From: Myxococcales bacterium
GTDB lineage: Bacteria; Myxococcota_A; Polyangia; Polyangiales; SLQV01
Length of the DNA: 64,000 nt
Assembly (NCBI GenBank): GCA_007131285.1
Contig: SLQV01000005.1
Span: forward strand, 568-64,567
Reading direction: 5' to 3'
Within the stretch, counting starts at the first letter, position 1. The number at the start of each line of letters is the position of its first letter. The translations under genes were made by a program, and so were the position numbers. Of the stretch, positions 8,767 through 19,037 are shown one piece after another. The notes under the pieces were generated by a model. It was not told the DNA's origin. It searched no databases and saw nothing but the letters and a program-made list of their open reading frames with translations.

Positions 8767-9678
8767 TCAGGCTTGCGGCGCCGGGCTCTCGGCTTTTTCC
8801 AGCGCACGCAGGTTTTCGTAGAGCTCAAGTTCGGCATCACTGGGAGCCTTGGGGGCCCGAATATGAATCTCGGCGAAGAGGTGACCACGAGTGCTCGCGC
8901 TCAATGGATAGCCCCGTTCCTTCAAACGAATCCGGCGCCCACTGGATGATCCCGCAGGCACACGCAAGTCAACGGAGCCATCCAGGGTTTTAAACTCCAC
9001 CGTATCCCCGAGCACTGCTTGGGCCGGGGTTAACTCAAGGCGCGCAACGAGGTCAGCGCCGTCAAAGACGAAGGCGCTGTCACCGGTAACCTGCACCTTG
9101 AGCAGCACGTCGGCGCCCCCCGGACCTTGCCCAGCGACGCGCACCTTTTGCCCGGTGCGCACGCGAGCCGGGATGTGCACCTTGACGGTGCGTCGCTCTC
9201 CATTGGGCTGCGCCAGCGTAAGTTCGCGTTCGGTCCCCGCGAAAGCCTCTTGCACTCCGAGGGCCAACTCTACCTCTTGAGCGGGAGCACGTCGTGGTGT
9301 CCGAGGCCCCCGACCGCGCCCTGGGTGTCCGCCGAACATCGCCTCGAAAATCGACCCCAGATCACCGCCAAAGGCATCAGCGTCGAAGCCGGAGACCTGA
9401 GAAAAGTCGAAGGGAACGCCCTGCGCTGCCCGCGGGTCGGCTCGTCCCTCGGACACCGCTTTCCACGACTCGCCGTACTGATCGTAGAGCTTGCGTTTCT
9501 TCTCGTCCTTGAGAACGTCGTAGGCTTCTCCTATTTCTTTAAAGCGATCTTCCGCCTTGGCCTCTTTGGAAACGTCCGGATGGTATTTGCGCGCGAGCGC
9601 CCGATACGCTTTCTGAATAGCCGCGGTGTCCGCTCGACGGTCGACACCCAAGATCGCGTAGTAGTCCTTGTAGGCCAT
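8767..9678 (-). CDS. cbpA: J-domain co-chaperone, CbpA-like (DnaJ class without zinc finger)
   Basis: J domain MAYKDYYAILGVDRRADTAAIQKAYRALARKYHPDVSKEAKAEDRFKEIGEAYDVLKDEKKRKLYD with HPD. C-terminal DnaJ_C-like beta domains are present and there is no CxxCxGxG zinc-finger repeat. Confidence 0.8.
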   Translation of the reverse strand: MAYKDYYAILGVDRRADTAAIQKAYRALARKYHPDVSKEAKAEDRFKEIGEAYDVLKDEKKRKLYDQYGESWKAVSEGRADPRAAQGVPFDFSQVSGFDADAFGGDLGSIFEAMFGGHPGRGRGPRTPRRAPAQEVELALGVQEAFAGTERELTLAQPNGERRTVKVHIPARVRTGQKVRVAGQGPGGADVLLKVQVTGDSAFVFDGADLVARLELTPAQAVLGDTVEFKTLDGSVDLRVPAGSSSGRRIRLKERGYPLSASTRGHLFAEIHIRAPKAPSDAELELYENLRALEKAESPAPQA

Positions 9679-9926
9679 GGATCTGTACCTCTTGCAAGCA
9701 CACCTGCGCTGTCGCGCAAGCTGCGTGCCTGGATGGAAGCGCTCGCTTCAGAGCCCAACCCAAGACGCATGCTGTAGCAAGCTATCCACCGCAACGCCTG
9801 AAACAAGACCCAGGCCGCGGCCAATAGCCGGGCAACCGGAGCCGAATTGCATGACTCAAACTTCAGGCAGACCGGAAACCAGTCACTTAAAATAGTCTCC
9901 AACCGTAGAGATGACAGGAGGCTCAA

Positions 9927-12416
9927 CTAGAAGCCGATGGCATCTTCGCCGAGAGCGGGCAGACTCAAGTCAAGCTTAACCATCGGCAGCCCCGCACCCG
10001 CGCGGTAGGCGCGGTAGTGCGTCAGCACGCGCCTGACGTAGCGATGGGTTTCTCGAAAGGGAATGTGCTCAAGAAACGCGTCCACAGGCATGGTGTCCGG
10101 CGAACTTAGCACCCACTTGGCCACGTTATGCGGACCGCCGTTGTAGGAGGCGATAGCGAGCGGAAGGCGTCCTTCGAACCGCGAAATAAGCGAGGCAAGA
10201 TAGGCCGCGGCGTACCGAATATTCGTTTCCGGCTCCAGCATTCGGGCAGGGGTGAACGGCTCGTCGTCTAGCAAACGCGCGATGTGCATGCCTGTCTTCG
10301 GCATGATCTGCATCAGGCCGACGGCACCCACACACGAAAGTATCTCCGGATTGAAGACACTTTCGACCCGCATCACCGCGTAGATGAGGTTTGGGTCGAG
10401 CTGGTGACGCTCTGCTTCGCGGTTCACAATATCGGCGTAGGGACGGGGCAGCGAGGTGAGAACGTCGCTCAAGCCAAAGTTATGAGCAAGGCCTGGATCT
10501 CCGAGACGTAACGCCAGGTTGCCAAGGAGCTTCTGATACTTGCTCTCAAGCCGACGCCGAGACCGCTTCTCCTTCCAGGTTGCGGCTATTCGCGGCCGCT
10601 CGACGCCGTGGGCCACCGCTTCAAATCCCATGCGGCGCAACTCGCGTCCGCGCGCCTGGCGCCAGGCGAGCAGCAGCTCTTGCAACTCATGCCGCGCCCA
10701 AGCGCCCTGACCGAGACGCAGGCTCTCGTGTACGCGCGCGGACCAGGGAAACGCTGACCCCTTATCTTTGGTGAAGGCGGCGAGGGCCGCGTCCCAAGTC
10801 GGATGGTCGGCCAAATCGGCGATACCGTGAGGCGAGTGCAGCCAGTCAACGTTCGTCTTCGGACTTCCGCTTTCAAGCATCAAGTCCTGAGCGAAGCGCC
10901 GCTGCGCGCTTGTCGTATTATTCGCTAGCGCAAGGTTGGGGGAGTTAAGCGGCGCAAGCGCCACGCGGCCTAGGCGTCCTAGCGCCTGCTCAGACCACAG
11001 GCCGTAATAGCTCGTGTCGGTCCCCGGCACGGCGCTGGCCCCCTTTTCGCGCAAAGCGTACATCGTCGCTTCCACCTCGGCCCGCGCTTGGACAGGTAGC
11101 TTTATTGCAGCTTCAGACGTACGACTAGCGTAATAAGCCACCATCGCCTCGCTAGCACCAGAGGCTATAAGGTCCGCGAAGAGCTTGGCTTCGATGGCAG
11201 GCGCGACGCGACCTATGGCGGTGTCCGCGTACTTGCGCAGGAGCCAAGCAGAAGGCTTTCGATCGAGCAGTGCCAGCAGAAGGGTTTCACTCTGCTTGCG
11301 GTCTCCAGCACGCGAGGATGCTTCAAGCGCGCGCAAGAGCTTGAACGGCCTAACCTTGTCGATGGGCGTATTGCCCACGAGCCTGGCGACCATCTGCTCG
11401 GCGTTGCGGCGATTGGCACTAAGCCAGGACGCTCGCAGCGTCACCTCAGAATCTTGGATAAGCGCCACCCTGCGCGCATCTTCGGCACGCGCTGCGGTTA
11501 GGTAGTTGTTCTCAAGACCGAAATGCCACGAACGCTTCGCGAGGTGCGCCGCGGAGCGCTCGATGCGCGACGCTTCCTCGCTCGTGAGCTTGCCTTCGGC
11601 TTCGATGAAGTCTTTAAGGGCACGCCAGCCCTCTTCGACCGTACCAGCGCGTGCAAGGCGTTCAGCGCGATCCAGGCGCTGTGGCCGGGAAGCCTTCCAG
11701 AGCTGCACATCGCCTTCTTCCTTCAACGCAGCAAAGGTCCGTGCAGCTTCGCGCCCCTCAAACGTTTCCGGAAAATCGATGGCAAGACGTCGAAATCGGT
11801 AGGCCGAGGCTTTGACTTGACCCTCAGCAAGCAAGGCCTGCGCGGCAAGCAATTGCAGTGCGGGGAGCTGGGGAAGTCTGGCGAAACGACGCGCCATGGC
11901 ATCCAGGCTTGCAATCGCTTTGGATTCACCGGCTTTGAGGCGCAACTCCAGCTCGAGTAGCCGAATTTTGAGCGCGAGCCCCCCGTCCTTCGTTTCCGCA
12001 AGCGCACGCTTGGTTGCCGCGAGCGCGCGAGACGTGTCACCGGATGCAGCAAGGTACTTGGCCTCTTCAAGCGCCCGCCAATCTTTGACATGCTGAATCT
12101 TAAAATCAGGCGAAACGGGCGCCGCCGGCTGCGGCACGGCGGCGCTCAGCGCGGGCCCAGCCAATGTGACTTGCTGGACCGCGCGCGGCGCAATCCGTTT
12201 GCTTGTTTTGAGCGCGCGGCACTGGGGAGCGTCGATGGTGTACAAAGTTGGTCGCGCGATCACGCACATCGCCGGTTCACGCCACGCCTGAGCCTGGCTG
12301 GTGAGCAGCGAGATGGCGACAACAGCGGCGGCAGCAGCGACCGCGAAGCAGACGCATGCTGAAACGCCGCCTGCTTGCCATCGTGTTGCCTTATGATTGT
12401 GCTGAAGTGATTTCAC
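9927..12416 (-). CDS. soluble lytic murein transglycosylase (Slt70-like: superhelical N-domain plus C-terminal SLT domain)
   Basis: SLT catalytic block LIYAVMRVESVFNPEILSCVGAVGLMQIMPKTG...YAAAYLASL...AIASYNGGPHNV. N-terminal signal/TM segment. Confidence 0.85.
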   Translation of the reverse strand: MKSLQHNHKATRWQAGGVSACVCFAVAAAAAVVAISLLTSQAQAWREPAMCVIARPTLYTIDAPQCRALKTSKRIAPRAVQQVTLAGPALSAAVPQPAAPVSPDFKIQHVKDWRALEEAKYLAASGDTSRALAATKRALAETKDGGLALKIRLLELELRLKAGESKAIASLDAMARRFARLPQLPALQLLAAQALLAEGQVKASAYRFRRLAIDFPETFEGREAARTFAALKEEGDVQLWKASRPQRLDRAERLARAGTVEEGWRALKDFIEAEGKLTSEEASRIERSAAHLAKRSWHFGLENNYLTAARAEDARRVALIQDSEVTLRASWLSANRRNAEQMVARLVGNTPIDKVRPFKLLRALEASSRAGDRKQSETLLLALLDRKPSAWLLRKYADTAIGRVAPAIEAKLFADLIASGASEAMVAYYASRTSEAAIKLPVQARAEVEATMYALREKGASAVPGTDTSYYGLWSEQALGRLGRVALAPLNSPNLALANNTTSAQRRFAQDLMLESGSPKTNVDWLHSPHGIADLADHPTWDAALAAFTKDKGSAFPWSARVHESLRLGQGAWARHELQELLLAWRQARGRELRRMGFEAVAHGVERPRIAATWKEKRSRRRLESKYQKLLGNLALRLGDPGLAHNFGLSDVLTSLPRPYADIVNREAERHQLDPNLIYAVMRVESVFNPEILSCVGAVGLMQIMPKTGMHIARLLDDEPFTPARMLEPETNIRYAAAYLASLISRFEGRLPLAIASYNGGPHNVAKWVLSSPDTMPVDAFLEHIPFRETHRYVRRVLTHYRAYRAGAGLPMVKLDLSLPALGEDAIGF

Positions 12417-12964
12417 CTTTTATTGCTCCGCTTAACGTTTGGCTAGCCCACTGGGGCGCGCGCCCCCCTCTGACCTAGACATCCTGTGCCGCGCGTCTGC
12501 TTGTCTCGGCCCTCCCGCAGCCGAGTTGTTGGGGTAGACGCTAGTTACCCGTCAATCGTTCACCTGAGGCCATGCGTTTCCGATGTGCGCGCCCAAACCT
12601 TCGTTTTCATGCTCTGCCTGCAGCAAAAATCGGCCCCTTTGTCTCCACTAAGCTAACTTATGTGTACGTAACTAGCATACCGCGGCCAGGCTCTCTCTAC
12701 AATGTCCTCGGTAGACTCTCATGACTTGAGACCTTGCGGCGGGACATTATCGCCATAATAGCGATCATATCCCTCGTCAGCGAGGCACACTGCTCGTCAT
12801 CTCAACGTGCACCGAGAAACGGAGACAAAAGACCCTATCCAGGGCCCAGTCGCGAAACTTCATGAAGATGCAAAGCCCATGTGACCGCCCACAGGCGCCC
12901 CTTGCAGCCCACGTGAGCGGTGGTGTAGGAGACTCAAGACAGGTCGATATCGGCCAAGCTCAGA

Positions 12965-13165
12965 CTAGGATTCGCCTGCGGGATCGCCGACTTCAAGCGC
13001 CGGAACGCTGGGACTTAGGCTAGGAACCAGGACGCGCGCGATGAGCCAAGCCGCGATGAAAGCGAAAGCGAGCCACGCCATGAGGTAGCGGCGAAGGCTC
13101 CAAGGATCTTGAAACGCCTTTGACCCGCGCCGGTATGCGGTAGGGTTGCCCTGAGACTGATCCAT
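12965..13165 (-). CDS. small hypothetical single-TM protein
   Basis: 66-aa ORF 23 nt downstream of proS on the same strand, with one hydrophobic helix (YLMAWLAFAFIAAWLIARVLV). No family recognised. Confidence 0.3.
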   Translation of the reverse strand: MDQSQGNPTAYRRGSKAFQDPWSLRRYLMAWLAFAFIAAWLIARVLVPSLSPSVPALEVGDPAGES

Positions 13166-13187
13166 AGCGGGTTTCCGTGGAAACGAC

Positions 13188-14927
13188 CTAGTCTATGCCT
13201 CGCATAAGATCGAGATGCATGCGCTTCAAATAAGCAGCCGCGTCGGCGAGGGCTACGCTGGCGGCTTCGCCCGAATGGCGCGCGGTGACCTCAGCCTTAC
13301 CGGCCTCGAGCCCGCGGTCGCCAAGGGTAACGCGTAGCGGGATACCAAAGAGCTCAGCATCCTTGAATTTCACGCCTGGGCGCTCATTGCGGTCATCAAT
13401 TAAGACGGACAGTCCTTCCTGCCGCAACGCATCACTTAGCATTGCAACGATTTCATCTGCATCAGCACGTTTGGAGATGGGCACGAGCACCACATCAAAA
13501 GGTGCGACGCTGGCAGGCCAGCGAATGCCCGCTGTATCGTGGTGCTGCTCGATAATGGCCGCAATCAGCCGGGTCATGCCGATGCCGTAGCAGCCCATCA
13601 CAAAGGGAAGTTCCTCCCCACGCTCGCCGGTAAAATGCGCAGACATCTTCTTGCTATAGTGCGTCCCGAGCACAAAGATGTGTCCGCCTTCGATGCCCCG
13701 GTGCTCGCTCAGTTCCGCGCCGCAGCGGGGACATGGGTCGCCTGCCTCGACCATTCGGATGTCCACAGTCTCACCGACGTAATCTCGGCCGAAGACGACA
13801 TTAACCAGGTGCACTTCGGTTTCGTTCGCGCCACAGGATGCCTGCGCAAGCGCCGCCGCCTCGCGGTCAACAACGACCCGACCAGGAAAGTTAACAGGTC
13901 CGATGGAACCAGCAGGCGCGCCAACGAACGCCTGCACTTTCTCCCGAGAGGCTAGCGTCACCGTTGCGCCAAGTACCCCTGATAACTTCATCAGGTTCAG
14001 TTCATGGTCACCGCGTACCACGACAGCGACGGGCTCGCCCTGGTGCTCAACCACGAGCGTTTTGAGTGCATTATCTAACGCATGGCCATCTCCCAACGCT
14101 GCGATGGCGCTCGGCATGTCGGTCACTCCTGGCGTCGCGACGCGTCTCAGTGCAGGAACAGGCTCGGACACTGACGCCGCACTGCGTTCGACGGGTCCGC
14201 TTGTCGCGACTTCAGCATTCGCCGCGTAGGCGCAGGCACCGCACGTCACCAACTTATCTTCGCCGCTCTTGGCAAGAATCTGAAACTCCGCACTGCGCGA
14301 ACCGCCCATCGCACCTGAGTCTGCTTCAACGATGCGGAAATCGAGCCCGAGGCGCGTGAAGATGCGCGTGTAGGCCTTACGCATCCGCTCGTAACTCTGG
14401 AGCGCGGCAGCTTCATCGACGTCAAAGGAGTAGGCGTCCTTCATGATGAACTCGCGGCCGCGCAGCAGCCCGCCGCGCGGCCGAGGCTCATCGCGAAACT
14501 TGGTCTGCACCTGATAGAGCATCGCGGGCAACTGGCGGTATGAGCGCAGCTCACGCCTCGCGATATCAGTGACAATCTCCTCGTGTGTAGGCGCGAGCGC
14601 TAGGTCGGCGCCTTTGCGGTCCTTGAAGCGACACAGCGCGTCGCCGAAGCTTTCCCAGCGGCCGCTCTCCCGAAGGTATTCCGCAGGCAGCACGCCCGGC
14701 ATCAAGATTTCTTGCGCGCCTTCAGCGTCAAGCTCCTCTCGTACAATGGCTTCGATACGGCGCAAGACCATGCGGCCCATAGGCAGAAGCTCGTAGAGGC
14801 CAGCGCCAACCTGGCGGATGAGGCCCGCGCGCAGTGAGAGCGCGTGCGACGGAAGCTGTGCATCCTTCGGCGCTTCCCTCAGGCTGGGCAACAGGCTCTT
14901 AGAAAGGCGGGTCAGCGTCGGCCGCAT
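13188..14927 (-). CDS. proS: proline--tRNA ligase (bacterial type with INS editing domain)
   Basis: MRPTLTRLSKSLLPSLREAPKDAQLPSHALSLRAGLIRQVGAGLYELLPMG, class II motifs FRDEPRPRGGLLRGREFIMKDAYSF and GCYGIGMTRLIAAIIEQ. Confidence 0.95.
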   Translation of the reverse strand: MRPTLTRLSKSLLPSLREAPKDAQLPSHALSLRAGLIRQVGAGLYELLPMGRMVLRRIEAIVREELDAEGAQEILMPGVLPAEYLRESGRWESFGDALCRFKDRKGADLALAPTHEEIVTDIARRELRSYRQLPAMLYQVQTKFRDEPRPRGGLLRGREFIMKDAYSFDVDEAAALQSYERMRKAYTRIFTRLGLDFRIVEADSGAMGGSRSAEFQILAKSGEDKLVTCGACAYAANAEVATSGPVERSAASVSEPVPALRRVATPGVTDMPSAIAALGDGHALDNALKTLVVEHQGEPVAVVVRGDHELNLMKLSGVLGATVTLASREKVQAFVGAPAGSIGPVNFPGRVVVDREAAALAQASCGANETEVHLVNVVFGRDYVGETVDIRMVEAGDPCPRCGAELSEHRGIEGGHIFVLGTHYSKKMSAHFTGERGEELPFVMGCYGIGMTRLIAAIIEQHHDTAGIRWPASVAPFDVVLVPISKRADADEIVAMLSDALRQEGLSVLIDDRNERPGVKFKDAELFGIPLRVTLGDRGLEAGKAEVTARHSGEAASVALADAAAYLKRMHLDLMRGID

Positions 14928-15030
14928 AGGTTCGCAACCCTAGCTGCTTCACCGCTTCCGAGCCACGTCCGAAGCGCCGGCAAAAAGGCGAGGTACCCGC
15001 ACTTCCTGCCCTGGCCACCTGATGCAAGCA

Positions 15031-15258
15031 TTAGGTGAGTTCGACCTCGAAGTCTTCGAGCACCGGATTCGCCAGGAGTTTTCGACACATCGCCTCGCCA
15101 ATGGCGGCATCGCACTCTGGTATATCCACTTCGATAAGCTTGCCGATTCGCACATCCTTGACACCAGCAAACCCGAGTGCGTGCAGTGCCTGCCGTACCG
15201 CCTCACCTTGGGGGTCCCGAACGTCGCGCTTGAGCCGAACCTTGATCGAAAGTGCCAT
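15031..15258 (-). CDS. purS: phosphoribosylformylglycinamidine synthase subunit PurS
   Basis: 75 aa: VRLKRDVRDPQGEAVRQALHALGFAGVKDVRIGKLIEVDI, a typical PurS sequence. Confidence 0.85.
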   Translation of the reverse strand: MALSIKVRLKRDVRDPQGEAVRQALHALGFAGVKDVRIGKLIEVDIPECDAAIGEAMCRKLLANPVLEDFEVELT

Positions 15259-15368
15259 CGTCGTGGGGGACTACGCCGCGGCGAGCGGACAAGCAAGGCT
15301 TCACGTACCTACCCTTGGCCGAGACGCTAGCGACGGAGGCCTCTGGGGATACTTGCCCAAGCCCTCTC

Positions 15369-16319
15369 TCAAACCTGAAGGCCGGCAGTGATGCGCTCGA
15401 GTAGTGCGGCGATACGCGCCTGGCTGCGCGCGCTCGGCACGAAGGGCAAGCCTGTGAGGGTTTCGTAAAGAGAGACGTAGCGTCCGGAGAGTTCAGCGAC
15501 GGCCGCCGCGCTCAACGGCGGCGCTGAGCCTTGCCCCTGATAGCCAAGCGCCTTGAGGCAACGGCGGACATACTCTTTATCGAAACTTTCGGGCGCCCTT
15601 CCCTCTGCTTGGGCGGCGGCGTAGTCTTCCTTGCGCCAGAAGCGCGAAGAGTCCGGCGTGTGGACTTCGTCGATGAGGCGCAACTCGCCCGAGGCATCGA
15701 TGCCAAACTCGTACTTGGTGTCTACGAGAATAAGCCCACGGCTTTCAGCCATGCGCTGCCCCAGAGCAAATATCGCGTGCGCAAGCGCGCTTGCGCGCTC
15801 GAAGGTTTTTTTGTCAATCGCGCCGGACGCGACGAGCTCCGCCCCCGACACAGACTGGTCGTGACCACCCTTCGGCGCCTTGGTACTCGGCGTTAGCAAA
15901 GGTGCGGGGAGCGCATCGAAGCACTTGAGCCCGTCGGGCAGTGAATGACCACAAAACACACGCTCACCACGGTCATACGCAGTCCAAATACTGGTGGGGG
16001 TCACGCCGGTCAGGTAACCGCGCATCACAAACTCGACGGCAAGCGGCGTGCACCCGCGCACCCGCATCGCGTTGGGGTCAGGGGTACTCAAAAAATGATG
16101 AGGTATCTGGGGACCAAGTTGGTCGAACCACCAAACGCTGAGCTGGTTGAGCACCTGACCCTTGCAGGGAATGGCGCCTATATGTGCGTCAAAAGCACTG
16201 AGCCGGTCCGTGGTTACGATGAGGCGCTCGCCTTGCGGCAGTAGGTAGGCATCACGCACCTTGCCGCGTTCCAAAGTGAGCGGCGGCCAAGGCGGGCATT
16301 CGAAAAGTATCTCTTGCAT
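15369..16319 (-). CDS. purC: phosphoribosylaminoimidazole-succinocarboxamide (SAICAR) synthase
   Basis: GKVRDAYLL, TDRLSAFD, LILVDTKYEFG, LIDEVHTPDSSRFW. Its start shares one nucleotide with the purB stop (TGATG). Confidence 0.9.
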   Translation of the reverse strand: MQEILFECPPWPPLTLERGKVRDAYLLPQGERLIVTTDRLSAFDAHIGAIPCKGQVLNQLSVWWFDQLGPQIPHHFLSTPDPNAMRVRGCTPLAVEFVMRGYLTGVTPTSIWTAYDRGERVFCGHSLPDGLKCFDALPAPLLTPSTKAPKGGHDQSVSGAELVASGAIDKKTFERASALAHAIFALGQRMAESRGLILVDTKYEFGIDASGELRLIDEVHTPDSSRFWRKEDYAAAQAEGRAPESFDKEYVRRCLKALGYQGQGSAPPLSAAAVAELSGRYVSLYETLTGLPFVPSARSQARIAALLERITAGLQV

Positions 16320-17623
16320 CAGGAATGGTCTCCGAGCGCGCGATCGATCACGGCATCCACATGCTGAAGGGCGTGTTCAAGCGAAAATGCGCGCTCAATG
16401 GCGGCTTCATCGAGATGCTTGCGAATGTCGGCATCGGCGAGCAGCAACGGCTTAAACTCGCCCTCACCGTGAAAGGCTTGCATCGCGTTGCGCTGCACCC
16501 AGACATAGGCCTCCTGACGACCACAGCCCTTTTCAACGAGGGCGAGTAGCAGCGCTTCACTTGCCCACAGCCCCTTGGCTGCCTCGAGGTTGCGGCGCAT
16601 CGCTTCGGCTTTGACGACCAAGCCATCGAGCAGGCGAGCGGTACGGTCAAGAGCGAAGGCGACGGTCGCGGTCACGTCTGGCAGCATCAAGCGCTCGACC
16701 GACGAGTGGGAGATATCTCGCTCGTACCAGAGCGCGATATTTTCCAGCGCCGGCGTCACGTAAGCCCGTGCTATACGAGCGAGACCGCACAGGTTTTCGC
16801 TGAGTATGGGGTTGCGCTTATGAGGCATGGCGCTGGAACCTTTCTGTCCGGCGGAGAACGCCTCAGACACTTCGCCAACCTCCGAGCGCTGGCCATGACG
16901 CACGTTCGTGGCGAAGCGCTCCACCGCCGCTGCCGTGAGGGCGAGCGCGGAAATCAATGCGGCGTGACGGTCACGCGCGACGACCTGGGTCGAAACCGTT
17001 TCAGGTGCAAGTCCAAGTTTAGCAAGCGCCTCGGCCTCGATGGCAGGTGATAGGTGCGCGTATGAGCCTACCGCACCGGCTAGCTTGCCCACAGCGATCT
17101 CGGTGCGTGCAGCCCTCAAACGCCGCTCCGCTCGCTGAAACTCTGCGAGGTGGCCCGCGAGCACCATCCCGTAAGAAAGCGGTTCCGCAAAAATGCCGTG
17201 GGAGCGACCCATGCACGGCGTGCGGCGGTGCGCTTCGATGTGACGACGCAGTGCGGTGTAGATTGGCCCAAAGCGGGCCAACATGCGGTCAGAAGCACGG
17301 GTGAGCCGGAGCGCGGTAGCACTATCGAGGACGTCGCTCGAGGTCATGCCGCGGTGCAACCAGCGCGCGTCCGGGCCGCCGATCTCTTCGAGGTGCGTCA
17401 GGAATGCGATGACGTCATGATGGGTCGTGCGCTCGATCTCATCAATGCGGTCGGGGCTAAGGCGGTCTCGCAGAGGCGCAAGCCTCGCCGCCACGCCCCG
17501 CGGGACCAATCCCGCAGATTCCATCGCCTCGCAGCCAGCGAGCTCGACATCAAACCAGGCCTCGTACTGAGCCTTGGGTGCCCAGAGTTCCGCAATGTCT
17601 GCGGGCGTGTATCGGGGAATCAT
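16319..17623 (-). CDS. purB: adenylosuccinate lyase
   Basis: MIPRYTPADIAELW..., fumarate-lyase signature GSSAMPHKRNP. The ORF opens at 17659, but MIPRY (17623) is the canonical N-terminus. Confidence 0.9.
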   Translation of the reverse strand: MIPRYTPADIAELWAPKAQYEAWFDVELAGCEAMESAGLVPRGVAARLAPLRDRLSPDRIDEIERTTHHDVIAFLTHLEEIGGPDARWLHRGMTSSDVLDSATALRLTRASDRMLARFGPIYTALRRHIEAHRRTPCMGRSHGIFAEPLSYGMVLAGHLAEFQRAERRLRAARTEIAVGKLAGAVGSYAHLSPAIEAEALAKLGLAPETVSTQVVARDRHAALISALALTAAAVERFATNVRHGQRSEVGEVSEAFSAGQKGSSAMPHKRNPILSENLCGLARIARAYVTPALENIALWYERDISHSSVERLMLPDVTATVAFALDRTARLLDGLVVKAEAMRRNLEAAKGLWASEALLLALVEKGCGRQEAYVWVQRNAMQAFHGEGEFKPLLLADADIRKHLDEAAIERAFSLEHALQHVDAVIDRALGDHS

Positions 17624-17689
17624 GCGCCGAGCTTTAGCACATCGTTTTTCGCCTAACATTGTGCCGCTGGCCGCAACAGCTCCGCGCGC

Positions 17690-18352
17690 TCAACTCGATG
17701 CAGAATCAAGGGCCTGCGCCAGCAGGGCCTCCGGACGCCCGCTTAGCGGTACAAGTGCCGCGTAGTAGCGGCCGCGATCACTGAGCTTAGGCCATGTTTT
17801 TCGGAGAATACTTATAATTTTGGCATCATCATGCTGCTCGCAGAAGGCCGTCAGGTAGAAGCGCAGGAACACGAGACAAGCGACATCTTCGAGGGTCTGG
17901 CTCTCCACGTCCTCCTTCATCGCCTTCTTAGAAGCGATGAACACAACGCGGTCTTGAACGGCTTCCGAGTAGCCCGCCTCGGTCATCACATCGCGCAGCC
18001 GTCTGCCATGGAACACCTTGAGATCCTGACGCCACTTCAGGTAACCGGCACGCGTATCTGGGTAGGTGTGCCGGGGTATCCTGAAGCGTTCGATATGCTG
18101 ACCGCGCGCAGCGATGCGCAGCTCTGTCGCCGCTTCCGGCGAGAAGTTGGCGAGCTCTTCGCTCATTCGGCGTCCGTAGAGCACGGCCGCCGGCAGGCGT
18201 GTCCCGTCGTAGTCAGTATCCTCTGCTTCATCGGCGCCGTTGAGCTGGTCAATCCGCGCGAAAAGCTCAGCGAGACGCATCCGTTCGCTGACCCGATTAG
18301 GGTCTACGCCCGCCCATTCCAGAAGTGTCATGCTGCCCCCATTCGCAGCCAC
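17690..18352 (-). CDS. DUF4202-like protein
   Basis: Blocks YPDTRAGYLKWRQDL...HGRRL...ASKKAMKEDVESQTLEDVACLVFLRFYL...ILRKTWPKLSDRGR match my memory of the DUF4202 family. Not verified by search. Confidence 0.55.
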   Translation of the reverse strand: MAANGGSMTLLEWAGVDPNRVSERMRLAELFARIDQLNGADEAEDTDYDGTRLPAAVLYGRRMSEELANFSPEAATELRIAARGQHIERFRIPRHTYPDTRAGYLKWRQDLKVFHGRRLRDVMTEAGYSEAVQDRVVFIASKKAMKEDVESQTLEDVACLVFLRFYLTAFCEQHDDAKIISILRKTWPKLSDRGRYYAALVPLSGRPEALLAQALDSASS

Positions 18353-18421
18353 GTGCTGCCCGTAGATTCGATGTTTGTCTCCGTGTTGACTGGCGCATCT
18401 CAGGGCAACCTAGCCCGAAGC

Positions 18422-19030
18422 TCACCCATTTCCTTCAGTGCTCGATGTACCGTCCAAGCGTATTTCGCTAGGCGAAGACGCCTCACCTAGGTCCCCGGCA
18501 GCTTCATCATCGCTCAGCCGCATCTGCAAATGGACCTCGAAGCGGTCCTTTTCGGCCTCAACAATCAGGTGACTTCGTTCAAGCAGAGCGATCTGAACCA
18601 GGCCGAGACCACCTACCTCGCGGCGCATCGCCTCACTGCTCGGATCCGCCAGCACAAGACGATCTTCGAGCAGCGCCTGCGCGCGCTTGGGGTCACTGAG
18701 TATCGCTATCCACTGCGCTAATGCGTCGCGGTCAACACCTTCCGGTATGGGGTTCGAAGCATAAATATTGATGTATCGTGCGTTGAGAAACTCTTCATAC
18801 CATATGCGCAGCGACGGCGGCTCCATGGCCGTCCAGTCGCTATGCCGACAGAGGTTGTCGAGAATTTCTCGAACGGAAAGCGCAACGTCATGGATGACAA
18901 AGATATCCCAGTGTGGTCCTCCAAAAATAACCCGGAGGGCACCCATAATCGACGGCGTCAGCTGCGGGTCAAAGTTGACCGGGTCGATATACATCTCGTA
19001 GTGAGGTTTGCCGGCCACTTCTACAAACAT
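18422..19030 (-). CDS. divergent GHKL-type (RsbW/SpoIIAB/SiaB-like) putative serine kinase / partner-switching component
   Basis: N-box-like VREILDNLCRHS (E-x3-N-x3-H), strand YINIYASNPIPEG where D-x-G-x-G normally sits (the Asp is not evident), and G2-like REVGGLGLVQIALLERSHLIVEAEKDRFEVHLQMRL. Starts 7 nt after the preceding gene. Confidence 0.45.
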   Translation of the reverse strand: MFVEVAGKPHYEMYIDPVNFDPQLTPSIMGALRVIFGGPHWDIFVIHDVALSVREILDNLCRHSDWTAMEPPSLRIWYEEFLNARYINIYASNPIPEGVDRDALAQWIAILSDPKRAQALLEDRLVLADPSSEAMRREVGGLGLVQIALLERSHLIVEAEKDRFEVHLQMRLSDDEAAGDLGEASSPSEIRLDGTSSTEGNG

Positions 19031-19037
19031 GGTATAT

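Noticed and set aside
8639-9850. Motif gccgaattgc(ct) twice in tandem (8639-8650, 8655-8666) and once more at 9841-9850, flanking cbpA
   Set aside because: It superficially resembles a sigma-54 TGGC...TTGC element, but the GG-to-GC spacing is 9 nt rather than 12. The third copy is only a 10-mer, whose chance occurrence is not negligible.
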